64,000 nt of DNA from Anaerolineae bacterium (lineage in GTDB: Bacteria; Chloroflexota; Anaerolineae; UBA1429), in assembly GCA_963675785.1 (NCBI GenBank), contig OY776562.1, forward strand, positions 128,001 to 192,000, written 5' to 3'. Below, one piece after another: positions 9,954 to 21,185 of this stretch (the stretch's first letter is position 1; each line of letters starts with the position of its first letter). The notes below the pieces were generated by a model. That model saw nothing but the letters and a program-made list of their open reading frames with translations. It searched no databases and was not told the DNA's origin. The position numbers were made by a program, and so were the translations under genes.

Positions 9954-11368
9954 GACAGGCCCTCTGTATTTTGCGCTTGTTGATTGCGGCGGAATGGGCT
10001 GGTGAGTTTGCGCCATATCTTTTTCGGGTTGGCGTAGCGATGCCACAGATAGCGCGTACGCCGCTTGACGCGGTTTTTGAACTTGCGCTTTTGCGATTCT
10101 TCAACCGCCCAATGCAACCACTTGTAATCTACACCAACGATCTTTTCTTCATCGGGGTTGCGACGATAGCTGCCATGCTCTTTGATGAGGGAAAGGCCGC
10201 TCTCAATGCAATAGTCATAAAGGTCACTGCCCGGGTGCGGCGTGTAAAAAGCTGGACTGTAATAGTCAGGATCGATCTCTTTGAGCATCGAGATCGTCTC
10301 CAGCACCTCTTCTTTAGTCTCGGTAGGCAGGCCCATCATATAGTTGGCCCAGATGGCGATACCGTATTTTTTACAGATTCTGCCAGCTTCGATGTTATGC
10401 CAGCGTTTGGTACCCTTACGGATGAAGCGTAAAACGCGGTCGCTGCCGCTCTCAAAGCCGATGAAATAACCGCGCAGTCCTGCTTTGGCCATCAATGCTA
10501 CCAGATCCTCGTTCTTGACGATGATATCGGCGCGGCTTTGGCAGAAAAAGGGCTGGGTAAAACCTTCAGCCATGTATTTTTCGCAGAACTCGATGACCCA
10601 TTCACGATCCTCGGTGAGGCAGTCATCATGGAACATGAAACTGGCGAAATGATACTTGGCCTGTTTTTCTTTGAGCTCGGTAATAATGTTATCGGGGCTG
10701 CGGTGTCGCACTTTGCGACCAAAGATGTAACGTTCTGCGGGTTGGCAATAGCTGCAATTGTACATGCAGCCGCGCCCGGCAATAAGGGTAATGAATGGTG
10801 CTGGCAATTCTACAGCAAAGGGGGCCTCGGGTGAGACGGCGTGAAAGCCCTGCGCGGCCCACTCATCGAGAAACAGGTCATGGTCGGAAAAGGGAATGGT
10901 GTCCAAGTCAGGATGAGTACCCGTGATGACATGGGGAATCTTTTCCCCGCGCGCCAGTTTGTCCAAGGCATCTGGTAGGCTTTCTTCGCCTTCACCAACA
11001 AACACATAGTCGATGTTGGGGTTATCGGTCATCTCTTGAGGCATAATGGTGGGGTGTGGCCCGCCAACAAAGGTGATGATATTGGGGTTTACCTCACGGA
11101 CGATCTCTAAAACCTGCATAGCCGGATCAAAGTCGACACTCATGAGGGAGACAGCAATGATGTCGGGGTTGCGCTCGCTTACGAGTTGACGAAAGTGATC
11201 CCAACCCTTTAGCGCGCGAAGGTCGAGCAGGTCGGCTTCGTGGCCGACGCGCTTGACGCAAGCCGCCAGAATGGCGATACCGTGACTGATCCAGCCCGAA
11301 TCCATGCCTTTGCCAATGCTATCAAATCCTTGTCCTCCAATTCCTGGATAGACAAATGTTACTTTCAT
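9950..11368 (-). CDS. B12-binding-domain radical SAM protein
   Basis: N-terminal cobalamin-binding-like region (GGPHPT, VGEGE) followed by RGCMYNCSYC (CxxxCxxC), GFESGS, TPHPGS; GGAGGAG precedes ATG 11368. Confidence 0.92.
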   Translation of the reverse strand: MKVTFVYPGIGGQGFDSIGKGMDSGWISHGIAILAACVKRVGHEADLLDLRALKGWDHFRQLVSERNPDIIAVSLMSVDFDPAMQVLEIVREVNPNIITFVGGPHPTIMPQEMTDNPNIDYVFVGEGEESLPDALDKLARGEKIPHVITGTHPDLDTIPFSDHDLFLDEWAAQGFHAVSPEAPFAVELPAPFITLIAGRGCMYNCSYCQPAERYIFGRKVRHRSPDNIITELKEKQAKYHFASFMFHDDCLTEDREWVIEFCEKYMAEGFTQPFFCQSRADIIVKNEDLVALMAKAGLRGYFIGFESGSDRVLRFIRKGTKRWHNIEAGRICKKYGIAIWANYMMGLPTETKEEVLETISMLKEIDPDYYSPAFYTPHPGSDLYDYCIESGLSLIKEHGSYRRNPDEEKIVGVDYKWLHWAVEESQKRKFKNRVKRRTRYLWHRYANPKKIWRKLTSPFRRNQQAQNTEGLS

Positions 11369-11668
11369 CAACTCCTCCAACTGGCAATGCGCAGTGTTTC
11401 AACTGAGACGTGTGAGTTATCTGGCAGGTTCCTTTGCCGCCGGCGTAAATTTGTTTACGGCCAACGCTGATGGTTTTGTGTTTGCTAAGAACAGTAGCAA
11501 GCTTATACAAGTGTTGTTCTGCACTTGCATCATATCTCTGATCTTGCCCTCTTGCGATTATACAACCTGGAGGGGCCATCTCAAATTGCCTATCGCATGT
11601 CGGATAGGGTTTAGCGTGTTCTTGTCACAAGGGCGGCGCATGAGTATAGTTGTGGAATCGGAGGTTTT

Positions 11669-12031
11669 ATGTACACAATACGCGTAAGACGGCATTTTGA
11701 CGCCGCTCATGCATTGCGTGGGTATGGCGGCAAATGTGAGAATTTGCACGGCCACCGATGGCAAATTGTTGTTGCGGTTGCTTCAGATGAACTGGATGAC
11801 GTTGGTCTTGCATTTGATTTCACTCGACTCAAGCACGAGCTGGATGTTATTCTCTCCCGTTATGATCACCAGTTCTTGAACGAGGTTCCCCCTTTTGATG
11901 AGCTGAACCCGAGCTCTGAGCATATTGCCCGCACCATATTCTGTGAATTGCAGGAACGTGTTCCAGAGGCCAATATTCTAGAGGTGGAATCGTGGGAATC
12001 GCCGGATGCTTGGGCGACGTATAAGCCTTGA
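11669..12031 (+). CDS. queD: 6-carboxytetrahydropterin synthase
   Basis: FDAAH, KCENLHGH, DHQFLN, NPSSEHIA, WES. Confidence 0.92.
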   Translation: MYTIRVRRHFDAAHALRGYGGKCENLHGHRWQIVVAVASDELDDVGLAFDFTRLKHELDVILSRYDHQFLNEVPPFDELNPSSEHIARTIFCELQERVPEANILEVESWESPDAWATYKP

Positions 12032-12104
12032 CCTCACGATTGTTGTGTTTGGTACAAGGCGTGGTATATTGGACGGCCTATTTTAGACGGAGGCATTACG
12101 CCGA

Positions 12105-14519
12105 ATGTCCAGAGATTCTTTTCCCGAGTTAGACAGCCTTGAATCCTGGCTGGACGATGGTTTTGAGACAGATGAAGAGCCGCTCGACTATGAGCGCGGC
12201 GAATTCCCTGTGTTGCCGCTTCGCGATACGGTTATCTATCCACAGACCGTAACGCCCCTTTTTGTTGGGCGTGAGGCTTCGGTGAGAGCTGTTAATGAGG
12301 CCACAGAAGGCGATCAGCGCCTGATTGTAGTGGCTCAGCATGATCCCGAGATTGAGAAACCCGGCCCTGATGACCTTTATTCGGTAGGCACCGAAGTTAT
12401 CATCGGGCGAAAACTGCGCATGCCGGATGGCTCCTTGAATATCTGGGTGCAGGGGCAGCGCCGTGTAGAGCTGATCGAGTTTCGCCAGACCGAGCCTTAT
12501 TTACGTGCCGTGGCTTCGCCGGTTGAGGAAAGCTATGATATGGGGCTTTCGACCGAGGCGTTAATGCGTGCGGTGTTGGCCCTCTTTGAAAAGGTGGTGC
12601 ACCTGAGCCACTCGATCCCCGAGGATGCCTACATTGCGGCGATGAATGCCGACGATCCGGGAACACGCGCCGACCTTATTGCTTCGGTGACGGGCTTTGA
12701 TGTCATTCAAAAGCAAGAAGTGCTCGAGATTGCCGATGCTTCACGGCGTTTGCAGCGGGTAAGCATGATGCTGGCCGCCGAGCTGGATGTGCTCGAACTC
12801 GAGAACCGCATCAATTCGCGCGTGCAAGAAGAGGTTGATCGGTCTCAGCGAGAGTATTACCTGCGCGAGCAGATGCGAGCCATCCAGACCGAGCTTTCCG
12901 AGGCTGATCCCTCACTGGAAGAAGTGTCCGAGCTGCAAGAGCGCCTTGAAGAGAAAAAACTACCCGATGATGTTCGTGAAAAAGCAACCAAAGAGTTAGC
13001 CCGGCTGTCGAGCATGTCATCGGCCCAGCCAGAAAGCACCATCGTTCGTTCTTATCTCGATCTGATCTTGGACCTTCCCTGGGCCGAGTTATCTCAGGAT
13101 CGCCTGAACATCAAAGAGGCTGCCAAGATTCTCGAGTCGTCGCATTACGGGTTGCCCAGGGCCAAGGAACGTGTTCTGGAGCACATTGCCGTTTACCACT
13201 TGGCACCTGACAAGATGCGCAACCCCATCCTTTGCTTTGTAGGCCCTCCGGGTACCGGCAAGACCTCATTGGGCAAATCGATTGCCGAGGCATTGGGCCG
13301 CGAGTTTGTGCGCATCAGCCTGGGTGGCATTAAGGATGAGGCCGAGATTCGCGGACACCGCCGTACCTATATCGGTGCACTGCCAGGGCGTATCCTTCAG
13401 GGTATGCGTCGGGCTGGCACAAAGAACCCGGTGTTCATGCTGGACGAGATTGACAAGGTAGGCCAGGATTTTCATGGCGACCCGGCGTCGGCATTGCTTG
13501 AGGTGCTCGATCCGGAACAGAATAATTCGTTCTCCGATCACTATTTGGAGATGCCTTTTGATCTATCCAAGGTGATGTTTATCACTACAGCTAACTTGTT
13601 GGATCCCATTCCCTCTGCATTGCTCGACCGCATGGAAGTCATTGAGTTCAGCGGCTATATGGAAGAAGAAAAGATCGAGATTGCGCGCCGCTTTTTGATT
13701 CCTAACCAAATCGAACAGAACGGACTCGAAACTCTCCGCTTTTCGGATGGCTCATTGCAGACACTTGTGCGGGAATATACGTTTGAGGCGGGGGTTCGCA
13801 ATCTGGATCGTGAAATTGCTACCATCTGCCGCAAAGTGGCCAGGATAGTAGCGGAGGATAAACCTGCTCCTGCTGCTATCGGCAAGCAATCACTGACCAA
13901 GTACCTGGGCCCTCCCAAGCGACTATACCAGGATCTGGAAAAGATCGATATGGTGGGTGTGGCCACTGGTCTGGCTTGGACTGAAGCAGGCGGCGATACG
14001 CTCTATATTGAGGTGACAGTGATGGAGGGCAAGGGCTCTCTGACACTAACCGGGCAGTTGGGCGAGGTCATGCAGGAATCTGCACAAGCGGCGCTCTCTT
14101 ATGCGCGCTCCCATTCACGGGAGCTGGGCATCGGCAGCACCGATTTCGATAAAATCGATATCCACATTCATGTGCCCGAAGGTGCAGTCCCCAAGGATGG
14201 TCCTTCGGCGGGTGTCACCATAGCAACGGCCCTTATTTCGGCTTTGAGCGATCGCCCTGTGCGCCATGAAGTGGCCATGACGGGTGAGATCACCTTACGC
14301 GGACGAGTTCTGGGTATTGGTGGACTGCGCGAAAAGGCTTTGGCTGCGCGTCGCGCAGGTCTCAAAACCATGTTGGTGCCGCGCCAAAACGAACGCGATA
14401 TGGTGGATATTCCCCGGCCACTGCGCCGTGGTTTGGATTTTGTGTTCGTCGATTCAATGGACCAGATTCTGCCCCTCGCGTTGCAAACACCAACAAACAA
14501 GAGAGGGCGAGCTCAATAG
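12105..14519 (+). CDS. lon: ATP-dependent Lon protease
   Basis: LON N domain (PVLPLRD), Walker [19 protein letters not shown], catalytic PKDGPSAG and GGLREK. Confidence 0.98.
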   Translation: MSRDSFPELDSLESWLDDGFETDEEPLDYERGEFPVLPLRDTVIYPQTVTPLFVGREASVRAVNEATEGDQRLIVVAQHDPEIEKPGPDDLYSVGTEVIIGRKLRMPDGSLNIWVQGQRRVELIEFRQTEPYLRAVASPVEESYDMGLSTEALMRAVLALFEKVVHLSHSIPEDAYIAAMNADDPGTRADLIASVTGFDVIQKQEVLEIADASRRLQRVSMMLAAELDVLELENRINSRVQEEVDRSQREYYLREQMRAIQTELSEADPSLEEVSELQERLEEKKLPDDVREKATKELARLSSMSSAQPESTIVRSYLDLILDLPWAELSQDRLNIKEAAKILESSHYGLPRAKERVLEHIAVYHLAPDKMRNPILCFVGPPGTGKTSLGKSIAEALGREFVRISLGGIKDEAEIRGHRRTYIGALPGRILQGMRRAGTKNPVFMLDEIDKVGQDFHGDPASALLEVLDPEQNNSFSDHYLEMPFDLSKVMFITTANLLDPIPSALLDRMEVIEFSGYMEEEKIEIARRFLIPNQIEQNGLETLRFSDGSLQTLVREYTFEAGVRNLDREIATICRKVARIVAEDKPAPAAIGKQSLTKYLGPPKRLYQDLEKIDMVGVATGLAWTEAGGDTLYIEVTVMEGKGSLTLTGQLGEVMQESAQAALSYARSHSRELGIGSTDFDKIDIHIHVPEGAVPKDGPSAGVTIATALISALSDRPVRHEVAMTGEITLRGRVLGIGGLREKALAARRAGLKTMLVPRQNERDMVDIPRPLRRGLDFVFVDSMDQILPLALQTPTNKRGRAQ

Positions 14520-14531
14520 GCTTGCTAAAGT

Positions 14532-14566
14532 AAAAGAGGGGACGCTCAATGCGTCCCCTCTTTTTT
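14532..14566. terminator. Bidirectional intrinsic terminator between lon and mfd
   Basis: AAAAGAGGGGACGC-TCAAT-GCGTCCCCTCTTTT(TT) between convergent genes. Confidence 0.88.
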
Positions 14567-17500
14567 ATTGTACTTGAGCAGGTACGAGTTCTAGATCGGC
14601 AATGAGCGCTAAAAGCCGCAATAGCCGATCTTGCCAATCATTCCCCATGGACATTTCCAGACGTGTTCCCCGGGCAACAAGCCCCGATATGCGTTTGGTG
14701 AGCACGGTTGCGCCCTGACTTGTAAGGGGTATCGGCAGCATGATAACCAAAAGCTGTTGTTCTGGCCTAATGGCCTGGATGCCAGCTTGGTCGGCCAACA
14801 CTTTGACGCGTAATGCGTACACCAGCCCCTGCACCGGCTCGACCAACTCGCCAAAGCGATCTTGCAGTTCTTGCTCCAAAGCATCCACCTGATCGAGTGT
14901 AGAAATAGCTGCCATGCGTCGGTAAAAACGCAGTCGCAGATTGTCGTCAGAGATGAACGAATCAGGAATATAGGTCGAGATGGGCAGATCCAGACTGGCT
15001 GCTTCAGGAGTGGCCAATTGTTGTACTGCAATCTCGTGTTGGGCTTTGCTGGCTGCCTCGTGTAAATCGCCGTGGGTGCTTTTTAAATTGTCGATAGCCT
15101 GACGCAGCAAACGAGTATAGAGGTCGAAACCTACGGCGGCGATATGCCCGTGCTGTTCAGCCCCGAGGATATCACCAGCACCGCGAATCTCGAGATCGCG
15201 CATGGCTACCTGATACCCAGCCCCGAGTTCCGTCGCCTCCTGAATCGTCTCTAGACGTTGTTGGGCGATTTCGGAGAGGGGCGGCTTGTAGAACAGGTAG
15301 GCATAGCCGCGATTAGTACCGCGTCCCACGCGCCCACGCAGTTGGTAGAGCTGGGCCAGGCCAAACATATCGGCGCGGTCGATGATGATAGTATTGGCGT
15401 TGGGGATATCTAATCCGCTCTCGATGATAGTGGTGCATAGCAGAATGTCGTGTTCGCCGCGGGCAAAGCCCAACATCACCTGGGCCAACTCGCCTTCGCC
15501 CATTTGGCCATGCCCAATGGTGAGAGATGCCTCTGGCACCACTTCGCGAAGCTTTTCGGCCACACTATCGATATCGTGCACACGGTTGTGTACAAAGAAT
15601 ATCTGCCCGCCGCGGTCGATCTCACGAAGAATGGATTTGCGCACCAACGACCAGTCCAGTTTGGCTACAGAGGTGTGCACCGGCAGCCGTTCTTCAGGTG
15701 GTGTATTGATGATGCTCATATCTCGGGCGCCACTCAACGCCAGAGAAAGCGTCCGGGGGATGGGAGTGGCGGTCATGGTGAGCACATCCACCTGACGGCG
15801 CAGATTGGTCAACGTTTCCTTATGCTGCACGCCAAAGCGCTGCTCTTCGTCAATAACGACTAACCCCAAATCCTTAAAGGAGACATCTTTGGAGAGCAAA
15901 CGGTGTGTGCCAATGACGACATCAACACTACCATTGACCAGTCCTTCAATAACGCGTTCTTGCTCTTGCGGGGTGCGGAATCGGGAAAGCATTTCAACCG
16001 TGACAGGAAAAGCACGCAACCGGCGGCGGAACGTATAAAAGTGCTGTTGGGCCAGTACGGTGGTGGGCACCAGAATAGCTACCTGTTTGCCGTCTATTAC
16101 CGCCTTGAAAACGGCTCGTAGGGCGACTTCAGTCTTGCCATATCCCACATCGCCACACAGCAGGCGATCCATAGGGCGGGGGATTTGCATATCTTCTTTG
16201 ACTTCGATCAGTGCCGTAAGCTGGTCGGCTGTCTCTTCATAGGGAAAGGAGGCTTCGAGTTCCCGTTGCCAGGCGTTGTCGGCTGAAAAGGCATAGCCGG
16301 GAAGAATCTGGCGAGAGGCATAGAGTTCGAGCAAGTCGACGGCTAATTTGCGGACAGCCTTCTCAGCTCGTTCGCGAACGGTCTTCCATTCTGTGCCACC
16401 CAGTCGGTGTATGCGCGGCGATCTCTCATCTGCGCCAACATAGCGGGTCACATTATCGGCCTGCTGTATGGGCACATACAGCCGATCCGTATCGGCGTAA
16501 ATAATCTCTAGATATTCTCGTGTTACCGGGCCAATGCTCTTTTGGGTGATGCCGTTGTATTGGCCGATGCCATGATCCACATGGACAACATAATCGCCGG
16601 GCTTGAACTCGAAAAAGCGGCTTTCAGGGGCAAATTCTCGCCTCGTCTTGCGTCGGCGTTGAACCCGCGCCCAGCCAAATAGCTCGGCATCGGTGAGCAC
16701 CACAAGTTTTTGAGAGGGCAACATCCAACCGCGATCAAGAATGCCATCAACCAGTGTAATCCGGCCCTCAGCGGGCATATTTTCAAGATCGCGTACTGGC
16801 GTGACTATGGTATTGTGGTCGCCGAGGAGATCAGCCAGGCGCTCAGCCTGCCGACTTACTAGCACAACACGCTCTCCACGCTGTTGCCGCTCGACGAGTT
16901 CGTCAATGGCCGTATCGATCTGGCCACTGTATAGCGGTGAGGGGATAAAGAAGCGGCTGTCTACTTCGGTCGTTTCCCCCTCGGCATAGGTAAGATTGAC
17001 AATGCTCGACCGTGCCAGGCGATTGTAGGCAGCATTCCAATCCAGGTAAGCCTGAGGCCATTCTTGAGGGAGTCTCCCGGCGGCACAGAGTTCTTGCCGT
17101 AGTGCGCTGGATTGTTCCTCCAAGCGTCCGGCTTCTGCTTCTACGGCGACGGCATCATCGAATAGAACCAGCGTATCCTGTGGCATGTAATCCATAATGC
17201 AGGATATGCGTGGGTAGAGGTAGGGCATATAGTATTCGATGCCAGCAAAGATGTGTCCCTGTGTCAGCCTTTCAATATGATCTCGAATACGTTGCTGTGT
17301 CTCGGCATCACAGGTGGAAAGATCTAGTTTGGCCAGGGCCGCTGCTGCTGCCGGTCCCCATTCGGGCAAGGCTTCTACCGTTGGCGCGAGCATGATTTCT
17401 TGCAGTGTTTGCAATGATCGCTGGCTTGAGGGAGAAAAGCTGCGGATTGAGTCAATTTCATCGCCGAAAAAGTCAATGCGGATAGGATGTTCTTCTGTAG

Positions 17501-18092
17501 GTGGAAAGAAATCAACGATGCTACCCCTGTGGCTGAATGTGCCGCGTTCTTCCACCACAACAGCCGGTTCGTAACCGAGTTTGACACAATATTCCAGCAG
17601 CTGGTACTGCGAAAGCTGCTGCCCGACGGCCAACTTGATGGGGGCGCGCCGAAAAGCGAGTCGTGAAGCGCTGAGGCTCATCAAAGCCCACACAGAGACG
17701 GAAACGATAGTTCCTGTCTGGGATTGATCTGGAGCTGTTAACGCCGAAAGGACGCCTGCTCGCGCTTGTGAAGTACTAGGATCCCATGGTGTAGGGTCGT
17801 AAAAGAGGGCATCGGGAGCGTGAAAGCAATGTACGGGGCCGTTGTCATTGCCAAGGTATTCGATCTCATCCGCCAGTGCCCGCGCACGCTGGGGGCTGGC
17901 GCTAATGACTAGCATGGCTCCCTGCCAGTCAGATTGGAGGCATGATAATATAGCCCCTCGGCTGGAGCGTAGGATGCCCAGACCGGGTGCAGTTGTTGAT
18001 TCGCTGCTTTGTCGAGGTTCTTTTAGGCTGCGCAACAAGTCGATGTATTCGTTGCTGCGCCTGATGGTTTCGATAATGCCCTGTAGCGGCAC
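14565..18092 (-). CDS. mfd: Transcription-repair coupling factor
   Basis: RID domain ([12 protein letters not shown]), [40 protein letters not shown]-terminus. Confidence 0.98.
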   Translation of the reverse strand: MPLQGIIETIRRSNEYIDLLRSLKEPRQSSESTTAPGLGILRSSRGAILSCLQSDWQGAMLVISASPQRARALADEIEYLGNDNGPVHCFHAPDALFYDPTPWDPSTSQARAGVLSALTAPDQSQTGTIVSVSVWALMSLSASRLAFRRAPIKLAVGQQLSQYQLLEYCVKLGYEPAVVVEERGTFSHRGSIVDFFPPTEEHPIRIDFFGDEIDSIRSFSPSSQRSLQTLQEIMLAPTVEALPEWGPAAAAALAKLDLSTCDAETQQRIRDHIERLTQGHIFAGIEYYMPYLYPRISCIMDYMPQDTLVLFDDAVAVEAEAGRLEEQSSALRQELCAAGRLPQEWPQAYLDWNAAYNRLARSSIVNLTYAEGETTEVDSRFFIPSPLYSGQIDTAIDELVERQQRGERVVLVSRQAERLADLLGDHNTIVTPVRDLENMPAEGRITLVDGILDRGWMLPSQKLVVLTDAELFGWARVQRRRKTRREFAPESRFFEFKPGDYVVHVDHGIGQYNGITQKSIGPVTREYLEIIYADTDRLYVPIQQADNVTRYVGADERSPRIHRLGGTEWKTVRERAEKAVRKLAVDLLELYASRQILPGYAFSADNAWQRELEASFPYEETADQLTALIEVKEDMQIPRPMDRLLCGDVGYGKTEVALRAVFKAVIDGKQVAILVPTTVLAQQHFYTFRRRLRAFPVTVEMLSRFRTPQEQERVIEGLVNGSVDVVIGTHRLLSKDVSFKDLGLVVIDEEQRFGVQHKETLTNLRRQVDVLTMTATPIPRTLSLALSGARDMSIINTPPEERLPVHTSVAKLDWSLVRKSILREIDRGGQIFFVHNRVHDIDSVAEKLREVVPEASLTIGHGQMGEGELAQVMLGFARGEHDILLCTTIIESGLDIPNANTIIIDRADMFGLAQLYQLRGRVGRGTNRGYAYLFYKPPLSEIAQQRLETIQEATELGAGYQVAMRDLEIRGAGDILGAEQHGHIAAVGFDLYTRLLRQAIDNLKSTHGDLHEAASKAQHEIAVQQLATPEAASLDLPISTYIPDSFISDDNLRLRFYRRMAAISTLDQVDALEQELQDRFGELVEPVQGLVYALRVKVLADQAGIQAIRPEQQLLVIMLPIPLTSQGATVLTKRISGLVARGTRLEMSMGNDWQDRLLRLLALIADLELVPAQVQ

Positions 18093-18113
18093 GTCAGTAT
18101 CTCCTGCCCTGCA

Positions 18114-18683
18114 TCAGCTGCCGTTAAAAATGTTCATGGTCTCGGTGACACTATGATCCAGCAGATACACGACGGCATCCGCAGCGCTATCGATGGCATT
18201 AGCGATATCGATGCCTTCGTCGATGGTAAATCGTTCGAGAACGTGATCAACTGCATCACGGCCAGGATTAGGCCTGCCAATGCCAATGCGTACCCTGCAA
18301 AACTCGTTTGCCCCCAACCGATCGATGATGGATTGAATGCCTTTATGGCCGCCGCTACTTCCACCGAGACGGATGCGCAATCTGCCTACAGGCAGGTCAA
18401 GGTCGTCATAAATGACGATGATGTTCTCAACAGGGATCTTGAACCAGTGAGCAATGGCCGCTACAGACTCGCCGCTGGCGTTCATGAACGTTTGCGGTTT
18501 GGCAAATAGTACTGCATGGCTAGCGATCATCGTCTCGCCGTAAAGTGCGTTGAACCGCCGGGTCTCTCGTTGTATAGGATATTGTTCGATCAAGCGGTCG
18601 ATGGCCATAAAGCCGATATTATGGCGTGTCTGAGCATACTTGCGTCCCGGATTTCCGAGCCCCACAACGAGTCGCTTTTCCAT
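18114..18683 (-). CDS. pth: Peptidyl-tRNA hydrolase
   Basis: VGLGNPG, TRHNIGF, KPQTFMNASG, YDDLDL, GGHKG, RIGIGRP; likely start MEKR. Confidence 0.97.
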   Translation of the reverse strand: MEKRLVVGLGNPGRKYAQTRHNIGFMAIDRLIEQYPIQRETRRFNALYGETMIASHAVLFAKPQTFMNASGESVAAIAHWFKIPVENIIVIYDDLDLPVGRLRIRLGGSSGGHKGIQSIIDRLGANEFCRVRIGIGRPNPGRDAVDHVLERFTIDEGIDIANAIDSAADAVVYLLDHSVTETMNIFNGS

Positions 18684-18755
18684 ATTTTCCCTGTTACAGC
18701 GTAAGACGGGGGCTAATCTATTGACTAGCCCCCTAAAAGTCAAACGAGTTTCTGC

Positions 18756-19427
18756 CTAGAGCAGTCGCCGAATAGCAAACACAATGCCAGCGACGGCGAA
18801 TACGGCTGCCATGGCAATAGCCCCAAAGATAAAGGCGTCGCTCCATCCACTGGGGTCAATGGGCAGAACTGTCGTATCGGTCTCAGGTCGACTCAATGTC
18901 GGTGTTGGTGTTGGGAGCGAGAGATCTGCAGTAGGCGTTGCTAGTACCAGAGTCGCAGTAGGCTGCCCCGTGATAGATGTTGAGCCTGCCAGTGTGGGCG
19001 TTGCTGTTGGTGCTTCAGTCGGTGTCGGCGTGGATGTTGGCCGGGTATTGGCGATGACAACGCCCCGGACATAGAACTCTTCATAGTTACCGTCTGTTTT
19101 GACGGCTCGCAATCGCAGGCTATAGACGCCATCAGGCAGCGTTTCTGTATTCCAAGTGGCCAGCTGATTGTTGAGAACGGAGGTCTCGTGCATCTGTCCA
19201 ATAATCGCCCAATCGGTAGGGTTGGGACCTACGCCGTATTCGACCTTGTAATACTGAAAACCATCAACAGACGCAGAGCCGACTATAGAGACGAGTCCGC
19301 GGATTTCTTCGTTAATGCCTGGTGATGTGATCTGAATTTGACTTTGCTGAAGCGGCTCAGCCATGACGGGAAATACCATGCTGAACAGCAAGACGAGCGC
19401 AAGCACCAGAATGCTGCGAGATCTCAT
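18756..19427 (-). CDS. Exported protein: signal peptide, Ig-like domain, Pro/Thr linker, C-terminal TM anchor with basic tail
   Basis: Signal ...PVMA|EP; ITSP...V.IVGSA...WNTETLPDGVYSLRL; TPTPTEAPTATPT; hydrophobic end followed by RRLL. Confidence 0.8.
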   Translation of the reverse strand: MRSRSILVLALVLLFSMVFPVMAEPLQQSQIQITSPGINEEIRGLVSIVGSASVDGFQYYKVEYGVGPNPTDWAIIGQMHETSVLNNQLATWNTETLPDGVYSLRLRAVKTDGNYEEFYVRGVVIANTRPTSTPTPTEAPTATPTLAGSTSITGQPTATLVLATPTADLSLPTPTPTLSRPETDTTVLPIDPSGWSDAFIFGAIAMAAVFAVAGIVFAIRRLL

Positions 19428-19627
19428 TTATGCTCCTTATGAGATAGATATAGCGAGTCTACCACAGAACGCAACTTGAGCCAAAGCGTTCCATAGGAAT
19501 TACAATGTTGGCATCAGCATTTCGTTCAAATTTATCAGCATTATTGTCAATAGACTATTGCATTCCTGGTTCAAAGGTGTTAGCATAACCTTTTGCAGGT
19601 GGTGAGAGCCTATAGCAGGTATATTGC

Positions 19628-19656
19628 TTGACACGGTTATTGGCGTGTGATACGCT
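19628..19656 (+). promoter_or_regulatory. Sigma70-type promoter upstream of rpoD
   Basis: TTGACA-N17-TACGCT with TG extension. Confidence 0.65.
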
Positions 19657-19736
19657 AATAGTGCGATAGGGATATATGCTATTGAGGCAAGGTTCATGGT
19701 GACGGGGGGTGTCACTAGAGCTGTACTCTTCGCAGT

Positions 19737-19768
19737 CCGCCGCTGGCACGTGCGCGGCGGTTTGTTTT
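19737..19768 (+). terminator. Terminator-like hairpin in the rpoD leader
   Basis: CCGCCGC-N10-GCGGCGG followed by TTTGTTTT, about 40 nt before the rpoD start. Confidence 0.5.
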
Positions 19769-19808
19769 GTAGAGATTGTCTATTCGGAAATAGATATAGG
19801 TTGCTGAA

Positions 19809-21086
19809 ATGCCAGACCAAAAGGGACAAAAATCTTTAGAAAAGTTATATGCCAAGGCTGAAAGTCAGGGCTATGTCACACTTGATGACATCATGGAGGT
19901 GTTTCCTGAGGTAGAGGAAAATATCTCTGAGCTTGAGGATTTATTTATTACCTTGAGTGAAGAAGGTGTCCAGGTGGTAGACGAGAAAGGCGCTGACGAG
20001 CCTGAGGTCGAGGTAGGCGAACAGCCTCCTATCGAGTCATTGGCTGATGCTGATGTCGAAACCGATGTTGACAACGACATCGATACTGACATTGACACAG
20101 ACGAGGCCATGGAAGCTGTGCAAAAATCGCAACGAGCTCGCAAGAGTGCCGGCGATGCCCAATTTGACCTCAGCGAGATATCGAGTGATGACACCATTAG
20201 CTTGTATCTCAAAGAGATGGCACGTGTGCCGCTCTTGACGGCCGATGAGGAGGTGTCGTTGTCCCGTGCCTACGAACAGGGACAATTTGCCATGCAAGCC
20301 CTGGAAAAGGGCACGGACCTCACAGAGGACGACAAAGATCGTCTTGCTATCTTGGTTGAGGAAGGCGAAGAGGCACGTGCACACCTGATCCGGGCTAATA
20401 CCCGCCTTGTGGTGAGCATTGCTAAACGTTACCTTGGTCAGGGGGTACCTTTCTTGGATTTGATCCAAGAAGGTAATCTGGGTTTGATCAAAGCCGTCGA
20501 AAAGTTTGACTATCACCGCGGGCACAGGTTTAGCACCTATGCAACATGGTGGATTCGCCAGGCTATTACCCGAGCCTTGGCCGACCAGGGACGTGTGATT
20601 CGACTGCCAGTGCACCTCAGTGACCGGATTCGTAAGGTATATCAGGTTGCCCAGCAGTTGGAACAGGATTGGGGCAGGCAACCCACGCCCGAAGAGATTG
20701 CCGAAGAGCTTCAACTTTCGCCGCAAAAGGTGCAGTGGATGCTCAAGGTATCTCAGCGACCACTTTCTTTGGAAAAGCCTGTTGGCGAAGAAGAAGATAG
20801 CGAGTTGGGTAGCTTTATTCCTGATGATGAGACGCCTTCTCCGACGGATGCGGCCTATCACGATTTGCTGCATGACAAGCTAGAGGAAATTCTTTCTACG
20901 CTTACACCACGTGAGGCGCGTATTTTGCGGCTTCGTTTTGGTTTGCAGGATGGTCGCAGCTATACCCTGGAAGAAGTAGGACGCAAATTTGGTCTGACGC
21001 GTGAGCGCATTCGGCAGATCGAACATGAAGCCTTGGATCGTTTGCGCCATCCCAGTCGCGCCAGGCAGCTTCGCGACTATCTATAG
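19809..21086 (+). CDS. rpoD: RNA polymerase sigma factor, RpoD/SigA type
   Basis: Region 1.1 (GYVTLDDI), 1.2 ([12 protein letters not shown]), 2 ([21 protein letters not shown]), 4 ([18 protein letters not shown]). Confidence 0.93.
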   Translation: MPDQKGQKSLEKLYAKAESQGYVTLDDIMEVFPEVEENISELEDLFITLSEEGVQVVDEKGADEPEVEVGEQPPIESLADADVETDVDNDIDTDIDTDEAMEAVQKSQRARKSAGDAQFDLSEISSDDTISLYLKEMARVPLLTADEEVSLSRAYEQGQFAMQALEKGTDLTEDDKDRLAILVEEGEEARAHLIRANTRLVVSIAKRYLGQGVPFLDLIQEGNLGLIKAVEKFDYHRGHRFSTYATWWIRQAITRALADQGRVIRLPVHLSDRIRKVYQVAQQLEQDWGRQPTPEEIAEELQLSPQKVQWMLKVSQRPLSLEKPVGEEEDSELGSFIPDDETPSPTDAAYHDLLHDKLEEILSTLTPREARILRLRFGLQDGRSYTLEEVGRKFGLTRERIRQIEHEALDRLRHPSRARQLRDYL

Positions 21087-21098
21087 ATTCGAGCTTTT

Positions 21099-21130
21099 AC
21101 GAGCCGGACATTGTCCGGCTCGTTTTTTTT
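21099..21130 (+). terminator. Intrinsic terminator of rpoD
   Basis: ACGAGCCGGAC-ATT-GTCCGGCTCGT followed by a T run. Confidence 0.9.
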
Positions 21131-21185
21131 GTTGCCTTGATGTGTTGACTTGTATACAATGCTGACAACAGGGGAGGAGAAGGGC

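Noticed and set aside
11417-11533. 38-aa ORF (MMQVQNNTCISLLLFLANTKPSALAVNKFTPAAKEPAR) as a RiPP precursor for the radical SAM enzyme
   Set aside because: No SD, no leader/core pattern, no peptidase, transporter or RRE nearby; operon context is glycan biosynthesis.
11580-11668. preQ1 riboswitch upstream of queD
   Set aside because: No recognisable preQ1 loop or A-rich tail, and the apparent -10 (TATAGT) leaves a very short UTR.
20044-20105. Acidic D-x-D repeat in rpoD
   Set aside because: Low-complexity acidic linker after region 1.1 is common in primary sigma factors.
20037-20873. 278-aa antisense ORF inside rpoD and similar long overlapping ORFs elsewhere
   Set aside because: Antisense shadows of conserved genes, without motifs or RBS.
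21131-21185. LexA/SOS box upstream of uvsE (also looked upstream of yebC-ruvCA)
   Set aside because: No GAAC-N4-GTTC-like site found.
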